Shown: piece after piece, positions 12,350 through 25,929 of the stretch | Position numbering within the stretch: position 1 is the first letter of the stretch | How the letters are laid out: every line of letters begins with the position of its first letter | Notes under the pieces: model-generated | Told to the model about the DNA's origin: nothing | The model's database searches: none | What the model saw: only the letters and a program-made list of their open reading frames with translations | Translations under genes and position numbers: made by a program | Assembly: GCA_964016885.1 (NCBI GenBank) | Contig: OZ024741.1 | Span: forward strand, 362,080,001 to 362,144,000 | Reading direction: 5' to 3' | DNA: 64,000 bases | From: Eledone cirrhosa | Taxonomy: Eukaryota

Positions 12350-12443
<94 letters not shown>

Positions 12444-13080
12444 CAAACAAACGTTAAGGCAGGTTTGTGTAATTAAATAATTATATTTACTACCAGAAAA
12501 CCAGCCTTCGGGTGGTTTTCTGCTGGCATGTGTAGTGTGCATATTGATATACATAAGTATATATGCATGTAGATATGATACATCAAATAAAATCGTAATT
12601 GACAATATACACAGAAATTGAACGAAGACTGCGTTACACTGTCTTATGTAATCAGTAACGTAATCCATTGACGGAAATATATTACTGTTTATTGAAGCGA
12701 TCGCTAACCGGAAGTGTTGACATTTGAACATTTTAAAGAAGTGAATCTTAAAATAAGCGACAAAATTATTTATATTTAATCAAGAAATGAAATTTAGTAG
12801 ATAAATTATGTAATATTCATTATTTATTCAAAGTAATCCAACTTATTTTACAAATGGGATAAAAAAATATATTCTGGTCGCTGTCCCGCACACTTCCCTT
12901 TAATATAGTTTAGATTATGTTATATGCATTTCCACAACGCTAGTGTATGGTAGTTATGTAATTGTAACAACAACATATGGCATGGCATCTTTACACAATT
13001 ACATAATTATGCATGAACATTTATAACAGAATATTCACTTTCTTACGGTTTGGGTCAGGATACAGCCCATATAATGAAGG

Positions 13081-13169
13081 TCTCCTGAAGATTCGACAGC
13101 CTCATAGCGCTGGTGCACCTCACTGGTGCACCGATGTTGCAAAACGGTCAATGAAACTCCAGTAAGGAT
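13081..13169 (+). ncRNA. Degenerate hammerhead-like motif with branched long stem II
   Basis: CTGAAGA 13085-13091 ... GAAA-CTCCAG-TA 13153-13164; inner hairpin GGTGCAC..GTGCACC; stem I pairs poorly. Confidence 0.4.
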
Positions 13170-13914
13170 TTTGAAGAAAAAATGGGTAATTCTTTGTCTA
13201 TTCTTTCCTCGCATTTATAATTTGATAAATAGCTCTGATTAAATGATTATTTTAATTCTTCTGATTATTTGAACTCGTTCGGCAAAGCTGGTCAAGGCGG
13301 GATATCTCACACACATATATTTATGTATCTGTGTGTGTATCTTATTACTTTATATATATATATACGTTTCGGACGGACGTCGTTCGTCAGAAAATGAAGA
13401 GTTCGGATCGGGAGAGAACAGGTACAAAATCATTTACAGTTGAACAACGGAAAAGGGTTGACGTATAACTGTAGTGTGTTACGTTGATTGGAGTGTGTGA
13501 ATGTAGAACCTAAAAGTAGTGAATTCTACTACCTTTAGTTGAAGTGGGTGTTAATAGGTCAGAAGTGCCTGACCAACTTGGAAGCGAGCCGGATTTTGTC
13601 TGTGGCAGAGCGAATAGGCCGACTATACATTTTGGGGCCAAAAATTCTAGTATTTATAAAGGTGGGTCCCCAGAAACATTAAATAGATCGTTTTGCCTTT
13701 TAAACAAACACAGTAAACAGTGGCAATGCTAGCTCAAACAAAAGAATTAGTATCTAAGTTTGGCTGACTGGGGTTAAAGGTCAGTGAATGTGAATATGCA
13801 TCTCTTTGAAAAAATGGGAACAATCTCATTAAGGTTTCGCTACAGATGTGCGTATGAAATCATATGTGCACCTGTAAATCTTCCCCTGAGTGTGTGTATG
13901 TTTATATGCGCGCA

Positions 13915-16140
13915 CCGGGAATTTATCCAGCCTAAACTTTCACAAGGCTAACTGAAAAAAATCAAGAAAAAGATCCTGAAGCAAAATTGGAGCGGCAACA
14001 TCACTACACAAGACACTAACACACATTTTCAACATTTCATGACAACAATACAAACTATATGCCATAAGTTTGTCCTGGAAAAAAGGCCAACGGATACAAA
14101 CATCTTATTCTCAGAGACAGGGAAATCCTTATGAGACGAAGAACTAAGCTCTCAAACCAGTTAAATGCACAAAGAAGAAAAAAGAAGAAAAAAAACAACA
14201 AAAAAACAAGTAGGAATCCTGTCTGAAACATGCACTACTTGAAATTGAAACTACACTCAAACCTTCCCATAAGAAGTAGAGGGCAGAGAGAGAAGCCAGG
14301 GCCATAGAAAACAAACCCTATTAAAACAAACCCTAAAGCCTTCTTTACATTTGCAAAAGAAACTCCTCGGTACACTGCAAGCTTGGGTCGCTCTACCATA
14401 AATTGGTTCATTAACCGACGATCCCCAAGGGATAAGTGAAATACTAAATGAACAGTACAAAAATGTGTTCACATTGAGGCACATGCAAATAACAAAGCCA
14501 GAGGATTTCTTTGATGCCACAACACTCCACTAAGAAATGGCGACCATCAACCACATAGACATAACGGAGGAAGATGTGAAATTAGAACAAACTCAGCTGC
14601 TGGACCTGATGGATTTCCAGCAGTCCTCCTAAAAACATGTAAGCGTGCCTTAACAAGACCATTGCAGATCCTCTTCCGAAGTTCTCTGGCTAGCGGTAAA
14701 CAACCCAGAGAGCTAAAAGAAGGCACAATATGCGCTATCCATAAAGGAGGAAGCAGAGCGGAGGTCAAAAACTACAGGTCAGTCTCCCCGACGTCACATA
14801 TCAGTCAGGTCAAGGAACGAATCATCAGAAAGAAACTGATCACGTTCCTCGAAGAAAATGACCGTCTAACTAGCACGCTGCATGGCTTTTCGCCCAGGAA
14901 GAAGCTGCCTTACACAGCTGTTACAACACTATGACTGGGTACTGAAACAACTGCTGGACAGCTCACATGTGGACGTGATATATCTTGATTTTGAGAAGGC
15001 CTTTGACAAGGTCGACCACGGAATGATATGTCACAAACTACACGGACTCGGTATAACTCGAAAAGTAGGTGAGTGGCTGCATGATTTCTTAAAAGACAGA
15101 AGCCAGACAGTTGCAGCCAATCAGGCCCACTTAAAAGAAACATCAATAACAAGTGGGGTGTCCCAGGGCACAGTCTTGGGACCACTTCTATTTTTGGTGG
15201 CTCTCTCAGACATGCTCTCTGTAGTTCATACAACATCTCTCACTAGCTATGATGATGACACAAAGGTAGCACAGGCAATCAAGAACCCGGCTGATGCTTC
15301 TCTTTTACAACAGGATCTGGATGCCATATACAAATGGGCTGAGGACAACAACATGCAGTTTAATGCTGGAAAATTTCAAGCCCTACAATACCAACCTGCT
15401 AACATAAAGACAGCATAAAGACAGCACAATACAGCGAAATCGACATGAGACCTGGGTATAGACATGAGCGACGATGCATCTTTTTCTTCCCACATCATGA
15501 AGGTGGCGACAATGAGCAGACGACTCGCTGACTGGATCTTGAGGACTTTCCGGACAAGAACCGAGAGACCATGTTGATACCAAAGCCGACTGGACCACTG
15601 CTCCCAACTGTGGTCACCCCATAATATCAAACTAAGTTCGGAGCTTGAGGCAATCAGATGAGATACTGGGAGAGGTTAAAAGAACTGAAACTCTACTCCT
15701 TGGAACGAAGTCGGTATATACGTATGGAAAATCCTGGAGGGACTAGCACCAAACTTTGGCATTGAGAGCTGGACCACCCCCGAACAAGACATCACTATGT
15801 GGTGCCACAGGTACCGTCCTTCACATCTAGAATAAGTAGCAGATATTGCAATAGCCTGGGGTTCGAAGGCCCTCAACTCTTCTACAAGCTGCTAAAAAAA
15901 TTGAGAGATCTGCATGGTGTGGACGTAGATATTTTCAAGAAACATCTCGACACTCTGCTATCCAGGATCCCGGAGGAGCCCACAGCATGGTATGAAGGTA
16001 ACCTAAAGGCAGCAGCAACGAACTCCCTCTTACGCCAATAGCCAGCCAACACAGGCTAGAGATAGAACGTGTAGCAACAAGGGCGGTGCTGCAGCATGGC
16101 CTCAGCTGAATGGCTAGAACAGGTAAAGAATAAAAGAGTA
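13915..16140 (+). mobile_element. Degenerate CR1-group LINE (RT region and 3' end)
   Basis: GPDGF, KNYRSVS, GFRPGRSC, VIYLDFEKAFDKVDH, SGVSQGTVLGPLLF, SYDDDTK across frameshifts; ends ...gtaaagaataaaaga then (TA)n. Confidence 0.88.
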
Positions 16141-16173
16141 ATATATATATACAGATATATATATTCACGCACA

Positions 16174-16258
<85 letters not shown>

Positions 16259-17059
16259 GTATATATATATATACCTGAGAGAGAGGGGAGAGAGAGTGAG
16301 AGAGAGAAAGAGAGAGAAAGAGTGTGTGTGTGTGTGTGAGAGGGAGACAGAGAGAGAAAGTTCTACTTCAGATGTAATATGTCATTCATACTTCCGATGA
16401 ATAAAGCAAACTGAGCAATTGACACTCTAAAAACTAATACGTTTAGAATGAATGATACACTAATGACTCACCAATTTTAATTCAGTGATTTCAGTGGGAA
16501 GTATACGATAGAACCTTCTGTAAGATATAGGCTTATATGTGGACGCAGCATAACCGAATGGTTCAGAAGTTTAACACTTCTTGCCCTGACGAAAATTACC
16601 AAGCCTGCATTTTCCACTACGCAGTCAACAACCACCTAATGCCAAATCATGTTACGATCTTTTCTACTGCTTGTAAAATTCCCCGATGTTTAACAATTTA
16701 TTTAAGATCCTGTAAGGTGCCTTTCTGAGATCTACGCACTAGGCGGCTACCTACTACTTTGACGCTAAACTCCGCCAGTTGCAGACTGCGCATCAACATG
16801 AGATATTTTTCTCACACAAAGTTCGATCACCAGCAGCAGAGTTTCAAGAGCAAAGATCAAGTCCAGTCCATAAGTTGACATTATCAAGACATCGTTTTGG
16901 CTGCCGACCTCTGCTTCCCTTACCAGCCAACCTTCCTTCCAGGCATAACCTACTACACCACAAATTGACCTTTTTATGTGACCGTATAGTTTGAGTACAC
17001 TTGACTTGACAATTGATGTAATTGGTCTAAGTTTGGTAATGTTGAGCAGATCACTGATA

Positions 17060-17790
17060 CAGATGCGGCGCGTGACTCAATTCGGTGCCGTCCTCATCAA
17101 CCGGTACCCTTCTTGATGATGAGTGTTCTCGCATCGGAGTAGACCAACGCCTTGGCCTCCGCGTGTGTGAGCATCATAAATGCCGCTACGGGGTGGTTGT
17201 TGACAAGTTCGGCCTGCACTCTCTATCTTGCCGCCAGAGCGCAGGCCGGTTCCCCCGACACGCCGCTCTCAACGACATATTGAGAAGAAGCCTAGACGCA
17301 GCTGGCTTTCCATCTCAATTGGAGCCAGCAGGCCTAGACTGCGGAGAGGGCAAGCACCCCGACGTAATCACCCTCTTCCCATTCGAAGGAGGTAGATCCC
17401 TCATCTGGGCCGCAACTTGCTGTGACACGTTCTCTGCCTCCAACTTAGTCACTTTGGCCACAAACCCTGACATCGCACCCGCGTCGCGGAAGAATGTAAA
17501 ATAAATAAATACCGGGGTTTGTACGGCCGCTTCCTCTTCTCACCGGTCGTTCTTGAGACCTCAGGCGTACTTGGACCCTGTACTGCCGAGCTCCTCCCTC
17601 AGGCCTACTTAGACCCTGTACTGCCGAGCTCCTCCACAAGATCGGAGTGTCCGCGGCCCGTCTGAGGAGGGAGCCCCGAGAGGTTGGGTGGCTGTTAAAG
17701 TGGGTGTCACTGGCCATTGTCCGCGGGAATGCTTTTGTGGTCTTGTTCGCAGGGCGTAGCACTTCTGCCCTCTTGCCTTAGGCCCAGAGC
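17060..17790 (+). mobile_element. CRE-clade non-LTR retrotransposon 3' fragment (zinc knuckle plus restriction-like endonuclease)
   Basis: PSSSTGTLLDD...QRLG..C..HKC...GLHSLSC...RHAALND...EPAGL..G.GK.PD.ITLFPF.GG..LIW. Confidence 0.8.
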
Positions 17791-17940
17791 CCAATCACCT
17801 TCTCCTTCACCCCTCCCCTCTTTTCTGTGACACCAGAGCTCTTACCATCCCCTCCCCTTCCCTTCTTTTTCTTCTTTCTTTCCTTTTGTTTCCCTTTTCT
17901 TTTTCTTATTGCCGTAATTATAGTTGTCATTATTATTATA

Positions 17941-18120
17941 TTGGCAGTATCGGTAGAGGGTCGACGCCATCTTTGCAGCACAGTTACGTCCATTTACGGA
18001 CTAAGTTCAAATCAAGTCGAGGTTAACTTTGCCTTTCATCCTTACGGGGTCGATAAAATAAAATACCAGTAATGTACTGGGTAATTGCTGGCCCTGTGCC
18101 AAATGTAGAACCAATTATTA
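17941..18120 (+). mobile_element. tRNA-derived SINE with Nin-like core
   Basis: A-box-like TGGCAGTATCGGTAG, B-box-like AGTTCAAATC, core GCCTTTCATCCTTACGGGGTCGATAAAAT, (TTA)n tail. Confidence 0.75.
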
Positions 18121-18127
18121 TTATTAT

Positions 18128-18166
<39 letters not shown>

Positions 18167-18172
<6 letters not shown>

Positions 18173-18990
18173 GAAAACACAGGTAAGCATTAAGAGAAAG
18201 ATTTTATCCAGGTATTTACGACCGTTTCATTGGTAAGTGCAACCTTATATTGCTATACTGCAAATAGCAGCCACTTTGGCTATCTTTTCTTTTCTTCTTT
18301 CTCCCCCCTTCTTTGCTTTATTTTTGTCATTATTATCTTTATCTTTATTTTTTATATATATATTTATCTCTTTATATATCCCCCCCTCTCTCTCTCTCTC
18401 CCTCTCTCTCTCTCCATCCCTCCCACTATGATCAATTTAATTCTCTTTAACCCACTACAATCGACGACATGAAGTCTACGTATCAAAACTGATCAAGGAA
18501 TCCTTCCATCTCTACCCCTCCCTCCATCTCAGTTTGTCACTCTACTTCCTAACTCTTCTCCCCCTTCCTCTCTCTCTCTATACTATTCCGTTTGTCTCCT
18601 CACCTTCTAATTCCTCTTCCTCTCTCTCTATACTAGTAAATAGAATTCCCCAAAAATGTTTTTCTCTATAGATTAAGAACTATTTCAAGAGTAACTTACT
18701 CACTATTTTGAAAATTTGGATGTGAACAACAATTATAATTGAGTGGCTGCTATTTGCAGTATAGCAATATAAGGTTGCACTTACCAATGAAACGGTCGTA
18801 AATACCTGGATAAAATCCTTCTCTTAATGCTTACCTGTGTTTTCTCTTTTATGCTTTATACTCCAATATTGAACGGAATTCTTACTAACTTGTGGAGTTA
18901 CCCCTAACCGTACGTTGAAACCGTCCATGAAACTGGCTTTCTTAACCACGAACTGGATCACAATAAGCAATTTTCTGCTTCCCTAACTAT
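18167..18990. repeat. (TA)n-flanked element with ~109-bp inverted repeat (18167-18275 / 18742-18851) and an HHR-like motif at 18704-18804 (+)
   Basis: Arms are near-identical reverse complements. Right side reads TATT-TTGAAAA-tttgg...ccaat-GAAA-CGGTCG-TA-AATA, with a long imperfect stem II. Confidence 0.6.
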
Positions 18991-19010
18991 ATATATATAT
19001 ATAAATGAAA

Positions 19011-19057
<47 letters not shown>

Positions 19058-19275
19058 GAATGCTATGGTTGACGGAGGCTCGGCTCTGTAAGGTATTGTA
19101 AATTTTGAACGCTATAACAATTGTAAATTGTTTAAAACTTAAACCAACTTGTAGACAAAAACACCCTCCTCCTCGTGAGAGGGGTCTTTCTGCCCGTTAT
19201 TTGGCCCTTCGGGGTTAAATAACTGCTTATTGGGGTTTTGTACCCAATATTTATTTTAAACAAAAAAAAAACAAC

Positions 19276-21388
19276 ATGGCTACGAAAAAGAATTTTCATA
19301 GGTCACTCCCACTCATTCCGTCTTCTTCTTCCTCAATCGTCACTACAGCAGAGAGAAGATTGTTTCTCTCCCTCCCTTCTTTAAATGTGTCTCTCTCCCT
19401 CCCTTCTCTTTCGCAAGCGACGACAGAAAAGAAAAGTCTCGTGCAAAGCGTACAAGATTTCTCCACGACGACGACGACAACCACGAAACAGGTGTGCGGG
19501 AAATACGGAAACCCATTTCATTCGTCTGACGTCAGGAATAATAGCAGTAGCAGCCGTAATAACAACAGCAACAGTGACAATGAAAACAACAGTAGCAGCC
19601 GCAACAGCATCAGCAGCAGCATAAACAACAACAGCATTAGCAGCAGCAACACCAACAACAACCACAGCAGCAGCGGCGGCGGCAGTAGTCGTAGTACCTG
19701 CAGCAACAACAAAAGTAACAGCAGCTCTGACGACAACAACAACAACAGCAGCAAAGAAAAACCAATCTCGTTTGCAGGTATCGCGAAGAACCTGGAAACA
19801 ATCCTCATAACAAATGAGGAATTAGAGGAAGCGAAGAAGATGGTGACAAAAACTGGACACCGAGCAATCTGCAAGGCAGCGGAAACATTTTTCGAAACCC
19901 AACAGCACTGTACGGTCACGTACCGTACAGTAAGTACAAAATCCCGTAGGGTTGAAAGAGCCACAGAGGCTCAAATACAAAAAGCCTTGGGGTCTGTGTG
20001 GCAGCGGAAAACGCACATCATCCGAGACAAAAAATATGCCACCGTAGACGTACTTTTTGCCACACCCCAGGAGGCAAAGGCTCAACCGTAGTGACCCTAA
20101 GGAGCGAGGAAATGGTGTTGGTGCCCTCCTACTGCGGGCAAAAAATTGTGAGGGTCAAACTGACCCACGTCCCCCCCCCCACGTCCCCGGGATGGCCCCT
20201 TCTTGGCTGGCCGCGTCTGTCCTCGTCGGAATCGAGGACAAAACAAGTGTACTGCAAGTACAGAAAAAAGTAAGAGAAGATTGGGTCGGCACCTCCATTG
20301 AGATGTTAATCCAAACCAACCAGGAGTGCATCAAAGCTATCCCGGATGTGATAGACTTCGATAACGGCACTCAACTGCCCATAAGTGTTGAGGGCAAACG
20401 CCCGAAATGCTTTCGCTGTGGATCGAAGACTCACCTCAGGGCCTTCTGCAACGAGAAGACCCTGAGAAAGGAGAAAACCCCCCTCCTTCCGAAACCGGCT
20501 CCACGGCTACCAGCAACAGGACAAGCGGCAACCAGGAACGATAGGTCCGTTGCACCCATACCCACGCCACGGAAATCGAAAACAGCAGCAATAGTGGAAA
20601 TATTAACAACAACAACAGCAATACCAAATGCAGCTGCAACAGAGACTCCAGTGCAAACATCACCAACAACAACAAGTGAAAGAGTGGAGCTGGTACCCCT
20701 CCCCGACCTAACAGAATCAGACATGGAGTGTGAGGTGGGAGAGGTATGGCAAAAGGTCGTAAGAAGGCACAAACGCAGAAGCAGCACATCGTCGCCTTTG
20801 AAAAGGGAGGAAAGAAATGAAAAAAGGGTAAAGTCTACTGCAAAGAGACTCACAGCAGCAACACCACCAACACCATCACCACCCACACTAGCACCACCAT
20901 CACCACCGGCGACAACCCCACCCCCAACAACACCTTCAACACCACCACCACAAGCACCAACATCGCAAACACAACAACAAAACACACACAGCCAGCAACA
21001 ACGACAAGAAAATAGCAGAACCACACTCCACCCCCAGAAAAACAAACGCACTGCAATAAATACACACAAAAAGAAACTAATGACTTACATAATTGAACAC
21101 ACAGACATTTCACAACACGACTACATAATACCAGCACCAATCAAAACGCCAACTAACATAAGACTGCTAAACATAGCACAGAAACAATACACAAACATTA
21201 AAACGCAATTCCCCAACGCAGTTGGTGATTTCAGGGACCTAGGAGGAACTATCAACCGAAGAGTATATTCGGACATACTCATAGAAGAGCCGACGACCAG
21301 CCGAAGGGACGATTCAACGGTCCCTTCACCAGACGATCAAGTGAAAAGGGATGTAAAAACCATCCCTCCTCTACGAAAAGTACGGTAA
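19276..21388 (+). pseudogene. LINE ORF1 (gag-like, CCHC zinc knuckle), apparently two frameshifts
   Basis: Low-complexity S/N N-terminus, ISFAGIAK, CFRCGSKTHLRAFC. Frame changes near 20085 and at the poly-C near 20172-20180. Confidence 0.75.
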
Positions 21389-21423
21389 GTGGTCTTTCCC
21401 ATCTTTTCCACTCTATTTTAAAC

Positions 21424-24400
21424 ATGACCTCACTCAGAATAGGCAGCATAAATGCGCGTGGCTTTGAGTCGTCATGGAAGCAGGGTCACCTGCTCAACGA
21501 CCTCAGGTCACTAAACATAGATGTAGTGGCCATCAGCGAGATCAGAATCTCCGAAGCACGGGCCTTCGCACCGATCTTCGGCGGCTACGATGTGTACGCA
21601 TCTCCCAGCCGTCCTGGATCGGGGGCAGGAGTTGCTGTGCTTTTTCGGAGAGGTTTGGATCTCGCCATACGGGCCATCTTCCTGGACCCAGAGGGTAAGT
21701 TGGTGGTGCTGGACGTGACCAGCGGAGACGGGCAAGCTTTCAGGCTAGTGGCCGTCTATGCCCCGACAGGAGCAGGGCGGCCTGATTTCTTCCGGCGTCT
21801 GGAGACCTTTCTTGGAACGTCCCGCTCTTTAGTGTTAGTGGGTGACTGGAACGGGATCTTAGATGCACGCTGGGACTGTGTGGGATTAGCGGATAGGGGT
21901 GGAGGGTGCAAGAGCCTCACCAACCTGCTCAGGCGTTTTGAACTGTCTGACAGGTACCGATTGGATTTCTCGAATGTGCCAATGTGGACTTGGACAAATC
22001 GCATAGGGTCATCCAGATCATATCTAGATAGAGTATTTTGTAGGGAAATAGATAGGTCTAGCATAGGCTGTCCACAATTCAAGATAGTCAGCTACACGGA
22101 CCACAAATTCGTGATCTGTGTGCTTGACTTAGATAGGCTTCATAGACGAGGACCCGGCTACTGGAAGCTAAACGCGTCCTTACCAGCACGCAAGGCCTAC
22201 AGAGACCGGATTAGCGAACTAGTTAAGCGGGCGTTGACGGGCGCCATCGTCAACAACAAGTGGTGGTTTGCTCTGAAAAGAGCGATTAGAATAGAATCGA
22301 TTAGGTTTAGTAAGGCTTTAGCAATAGAGAAAAATAGAGCAGAGGGAGAACTAGTTAGAAAATTAGACGAGGCGCTTAGCAAAGGCATTGCGACCGACGT
22401 GCTTGCGGCGAAATTGGCCCTTGACCAATTCTTCAATGCAAAGCACGAAGGCTGCGTTGTCAGAGCAAGGGTGCGTGCTCTCAGACACGAGGGGACGAAA
22501 GCCGTTCAATGGGCCCGAGTGGCGGAGGCGCGTCGTGGCAACAAAGCCACGATCCGGTCTTTGGTGGACCACGACGGGTGCATGCTACTCGATCCCGGGC
22601 AAATGTGTGAAGCTTTTCAGCGACACTTCGCTCAGCTGTTCGGGGGCAGCGGTGGGCCGGGTCGAGGGATAGACTTTAGTGTCTACCTCGACGGACTGCC
22701 GTGGCTCTCGGCCACTGAGGCGAAGTGTTGCGAAAAGCCGATAACAGCCGCTGAAGTAAGGGAGGCAATGACTGGCTGCACAAGGGGTAAATCGCCTGGT
22801 TTGGATGGTCTGCCCTATGAACTTTACGTACAGATGCCAGACTTGTTCGGAGGCCTCTTGGCGGACGTCTATTGCAACTGGCAACAGAACGGGAGAATTC
22901 CCAGTTCTGTGAGCCGAGGAGCGGTGGCACTGCTGAGAAAGGATCCGAACAAGGGGGATAACATAGATAATTTCCGGCCCATAACTCTGCTAAACACAGA
23001 GTTCAAGATTTTGGTCAAGATGCTAGCAAAGAGGTTGGCGCTTGTCGTTGGTGGTCTGGTGGGAGAGGCGCAGACATGCGCCATTCCCGACAGATCCATA
23101 CACGACAACCTCCACCTCATGCGATACATCGTAGAGAGGGTAGCTAGGGAACCTGGCACGGGTGGGTCCTTGATCAATTTAGATCAGTCGAAAGCTTTCG
23201 ATAGGGTCGACCATCGTTACCTAGCGGCAGTCCTGAGGGCGGCTGGCTTTGGGCCCGTCTTCAGAGGCTGGATCGCTGCCATGCACAGCGACATCTGCTC
23301 TGTGGTGAGAGTGAACGGTCACCTGTCGGAACCGTTCAACATCATGCGCTCGGTCCGCCAAGGATGTCCCCTCTCGTCCCTCTTGTACGTATTGACTCTC
23401 GAGCCATTACTGCACAAACTGGAGACGTTGAGGGACGTCCCGCGCGAACTAGGATGCGGAAGATCCGTGTCAGCATATGCGGACGATGTCACCGTAGTGG
23501 TGTCGAACGCCAAACACATCGAGGCGATCGGCACTACACTAAGAGAATACGAAGCGGTGACAGGAGCAATGATCAACCAGGAAAAGTCAGTGGGCCTGCA
23601 GCTCGGCACCTGGAGAGGCAGGTCCATGCCGTCCAACAGCGTTGTCGGACGCTGGACGGACGGACCGGTTAAATTGCTAGGGGTCTGGTTCGATCCGGAC
23701 CTCCAGACGGACAAAAACTGGGACGAGGTGACGAGCAGGGTGGCTTCTCTCATCCAGAAATGGGCGGAGAGGAAGCTATCCCTGAAAGGTCGAGCGGAGG
23801 TGGCTAACGCGTACATCGCGTCTGTCATCTGCTACCGCCTGACCGTCGTACCTTGTCCTAAGCCTCGCTTGACTGCGCTGGAGCGTTTGCTCTTTCGCTT
23901 TTTGTGGAAGGGACGCGCTCCGATGGTCAGGCGGTCCATCTGTTGTCAACACCCGCTACGTGGAGGGCTGGGCATGTCGTGGCTGATGATGCGCAGGCAC
24001 GCGCTCAGGCTACGACATCTCCACCTCTTCCTCGACGGTGATCAGGTGTGGTCGCCGTTTGCTAGACACGTATTTCCCCAGCTCGTTTCCTTGACGGAGC
24101 TGCAGTCCTGGGTCAAGCGAAGACCGAGAGGGAGCGCTTGGAGACTGGAATGTCTTCAGGCGCTCACAGCCCTCGACCAATCGGGCAATGTGATCGGTGG
24201 AAACTCCACCTTGGCGTTCTATAGGGGATTAGTGGAGGGTAAGAGCGACGACGTACTTGGAGAAACTCTAGGCGTCGACGAAAATCAACTAGCCAATCTC
24301 TTCGGAAGGACTTTCGGCTGGGGCCTATGGACAACTTCCAGAAATCCCTGGCCTGGCAGTGCTACCGGGGTGCTTTGCCAGTTCGGGATAAACTCTACAG

Positions 24401-24827
24401 GCATGGAGGTGCCGTCAGCCGGGCATGTCCGAGATGCGCACAGGGCGACGAAACCGTCCTGCACGCACTCGTCCTGTGTCCGAGCATTGCTGACTTGTGG
24501 GTTTATGTCGAACACCTGCTGTCACGTGTAGGACGGATCCAGCTATCAGCTGAGTCCATCGTGAGGATTGCCCCGCCCTCTTCCTTTAGCTGGGAAGGGC
24601 AGGCAGTTTTTATCTGTCTGGTGGCCATGGCGAAAGAGATAATATGGTGGACACGTTTGAAAGGGCTGAAGACGAGCACTTACCTCTTCGGTGATGCCCT
24701 GATTAACTTTTTAAAATTTCATTTGAAAAGGATAATCAGGGTAGAGAGGGAAGTGCTCTCTTCCCAGCATTTTGTTGAAAGATGGGTGAGAGAAGCAAGT
24801 ATGGCCCGAATGAGTATGTGTCTGTAA
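21424..24827 (+). CDS. LINE ORF2: APE endonuclease, reverse transcriptase and C-terminal CCHC; one frameshift near 24320
   Basis: SINARG, AVYAP, GDWN, SYLDR, TDH, GYWKLN, KSPGLDGL, FRPITLLN, DQSKAFDRV, RQGCPLS, AYADD; CPRC...ETVLHAL..C in the 24327-24827 frame. Confidence 0.93.
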
Positions 24828-25101
24828 ATTAAAGGTGGAAAACTGGGAGAAGGCACTTGCCCTGGTGGTCAGGGTCACTGTGGTCTTTTAATGGGCTTTC
24901 TCCACAAATGTCCCTCGGAAGTCTCCCCCCCTATTGGGGAATTTTTCTTTGTTATTTTATTACATCCTCTGTTTTTTTTACACGCAGAAATGCCCATTTG
25001 TACCGTCCTGTATTGTCCTGTACTGTCCTTAATGTCTACTTTATGTAAACCCTTGTGGTTAATAAAGAAAACATTATTATTATTGTGGCCAATAAATGAA
25101 A

Positions 25102-25144
<43 letters not shown>

Positions 25145-25385
25145 TGTAAATAATATCATGTTTATACAGGTTTTCGCAATAAAGGCGCAACATCTCCTAT
25201 CGATAGACTAATTATCCTAAATACTGTATTTTGGGGGTAAGATTTGACTGTTATTTTTAGCAGGCTGGATGAAGAGTGGAAGTTACAGCTTGTGAATTAT
25301 TTCAGGGGAAATAACTTTAGCAATAGAATAGAAGGGAAAACTATTTTTTGGACTGTTGACAAACAAGTTCTTGTCATTATTAACA

Positions 25386-25576
25386 GGCGGTGGATTGGCA
25401 GTATCGGTAGAGGGTCGGACGCCATGCTTTGACACAAAGAGTTACGGCCTTTTCCATTATGAGTTCAAATCCCGCCGAGGTTAACTTTGCCTTTCATCCT
25501 TACGGGGTCGATAAAATAAAGTACCAGTAATACACTGGGTATGCTGGCCTTGTGCCAAAAGTAGAAACAGTTATTA
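25386..25576 (+). mobile_element. tRNA-derived Nin-like SINE, full length
   Basis: GGCGGTGGATTGGCAGTATCGGTAG...GAGTTCAAATCCCGCC...GCCTTTCATCCTTACGGGGTCGATAAA. Confidence 0.8.
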
Positions 25577-25929
25577 GCAGTTTGCCTTACCGACACATCA
25601 GCTAATGAACGCAAGCGTGCTTGGTTATTCCAACGCTCTAGCCCTGCTTTCTAACGCGACAATGTCGTATGTTGGCTTGCCTGAAAAAAATATTAGAGGG
25701 GAATCATGTGGCGTATTTTTTTTCTTTCTGCAAATTGTTCATCTTTTGATAATTTGTGTGAATTAAACTGGGGCTGAAAATATTTTCCCTTTCGTTAAAT
25801 TCTTATTTTATATATGAAAGTTAGATATTTTTTTCTTAGACTGTATTGAGATCTGCACATCATAAATAGATGTGTAGATGGATAGAGAGAGGTGAATATG
25901 GTGTTGAAGTTATAATTTGTTGAGGCCGA

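Larger units (their letters stand above)
19058..25143 (+). mobile_element. Near-full-length Tx1/L1-clade LINE
   Basis: 5' UTR, ORF1 with CCHC knuckle, ORF2 with APE-RT-CCHC, 3' UTR, AATAAA and (TTA)n tail; flanked by (TTA)n on both sides. Confidence 0.93.

Noticed and set aside
25386-25480. tRNA genes at A/B-box-like motifs
   Set aside because: They are heads of a multicopy SINE, with no cloverleaf.
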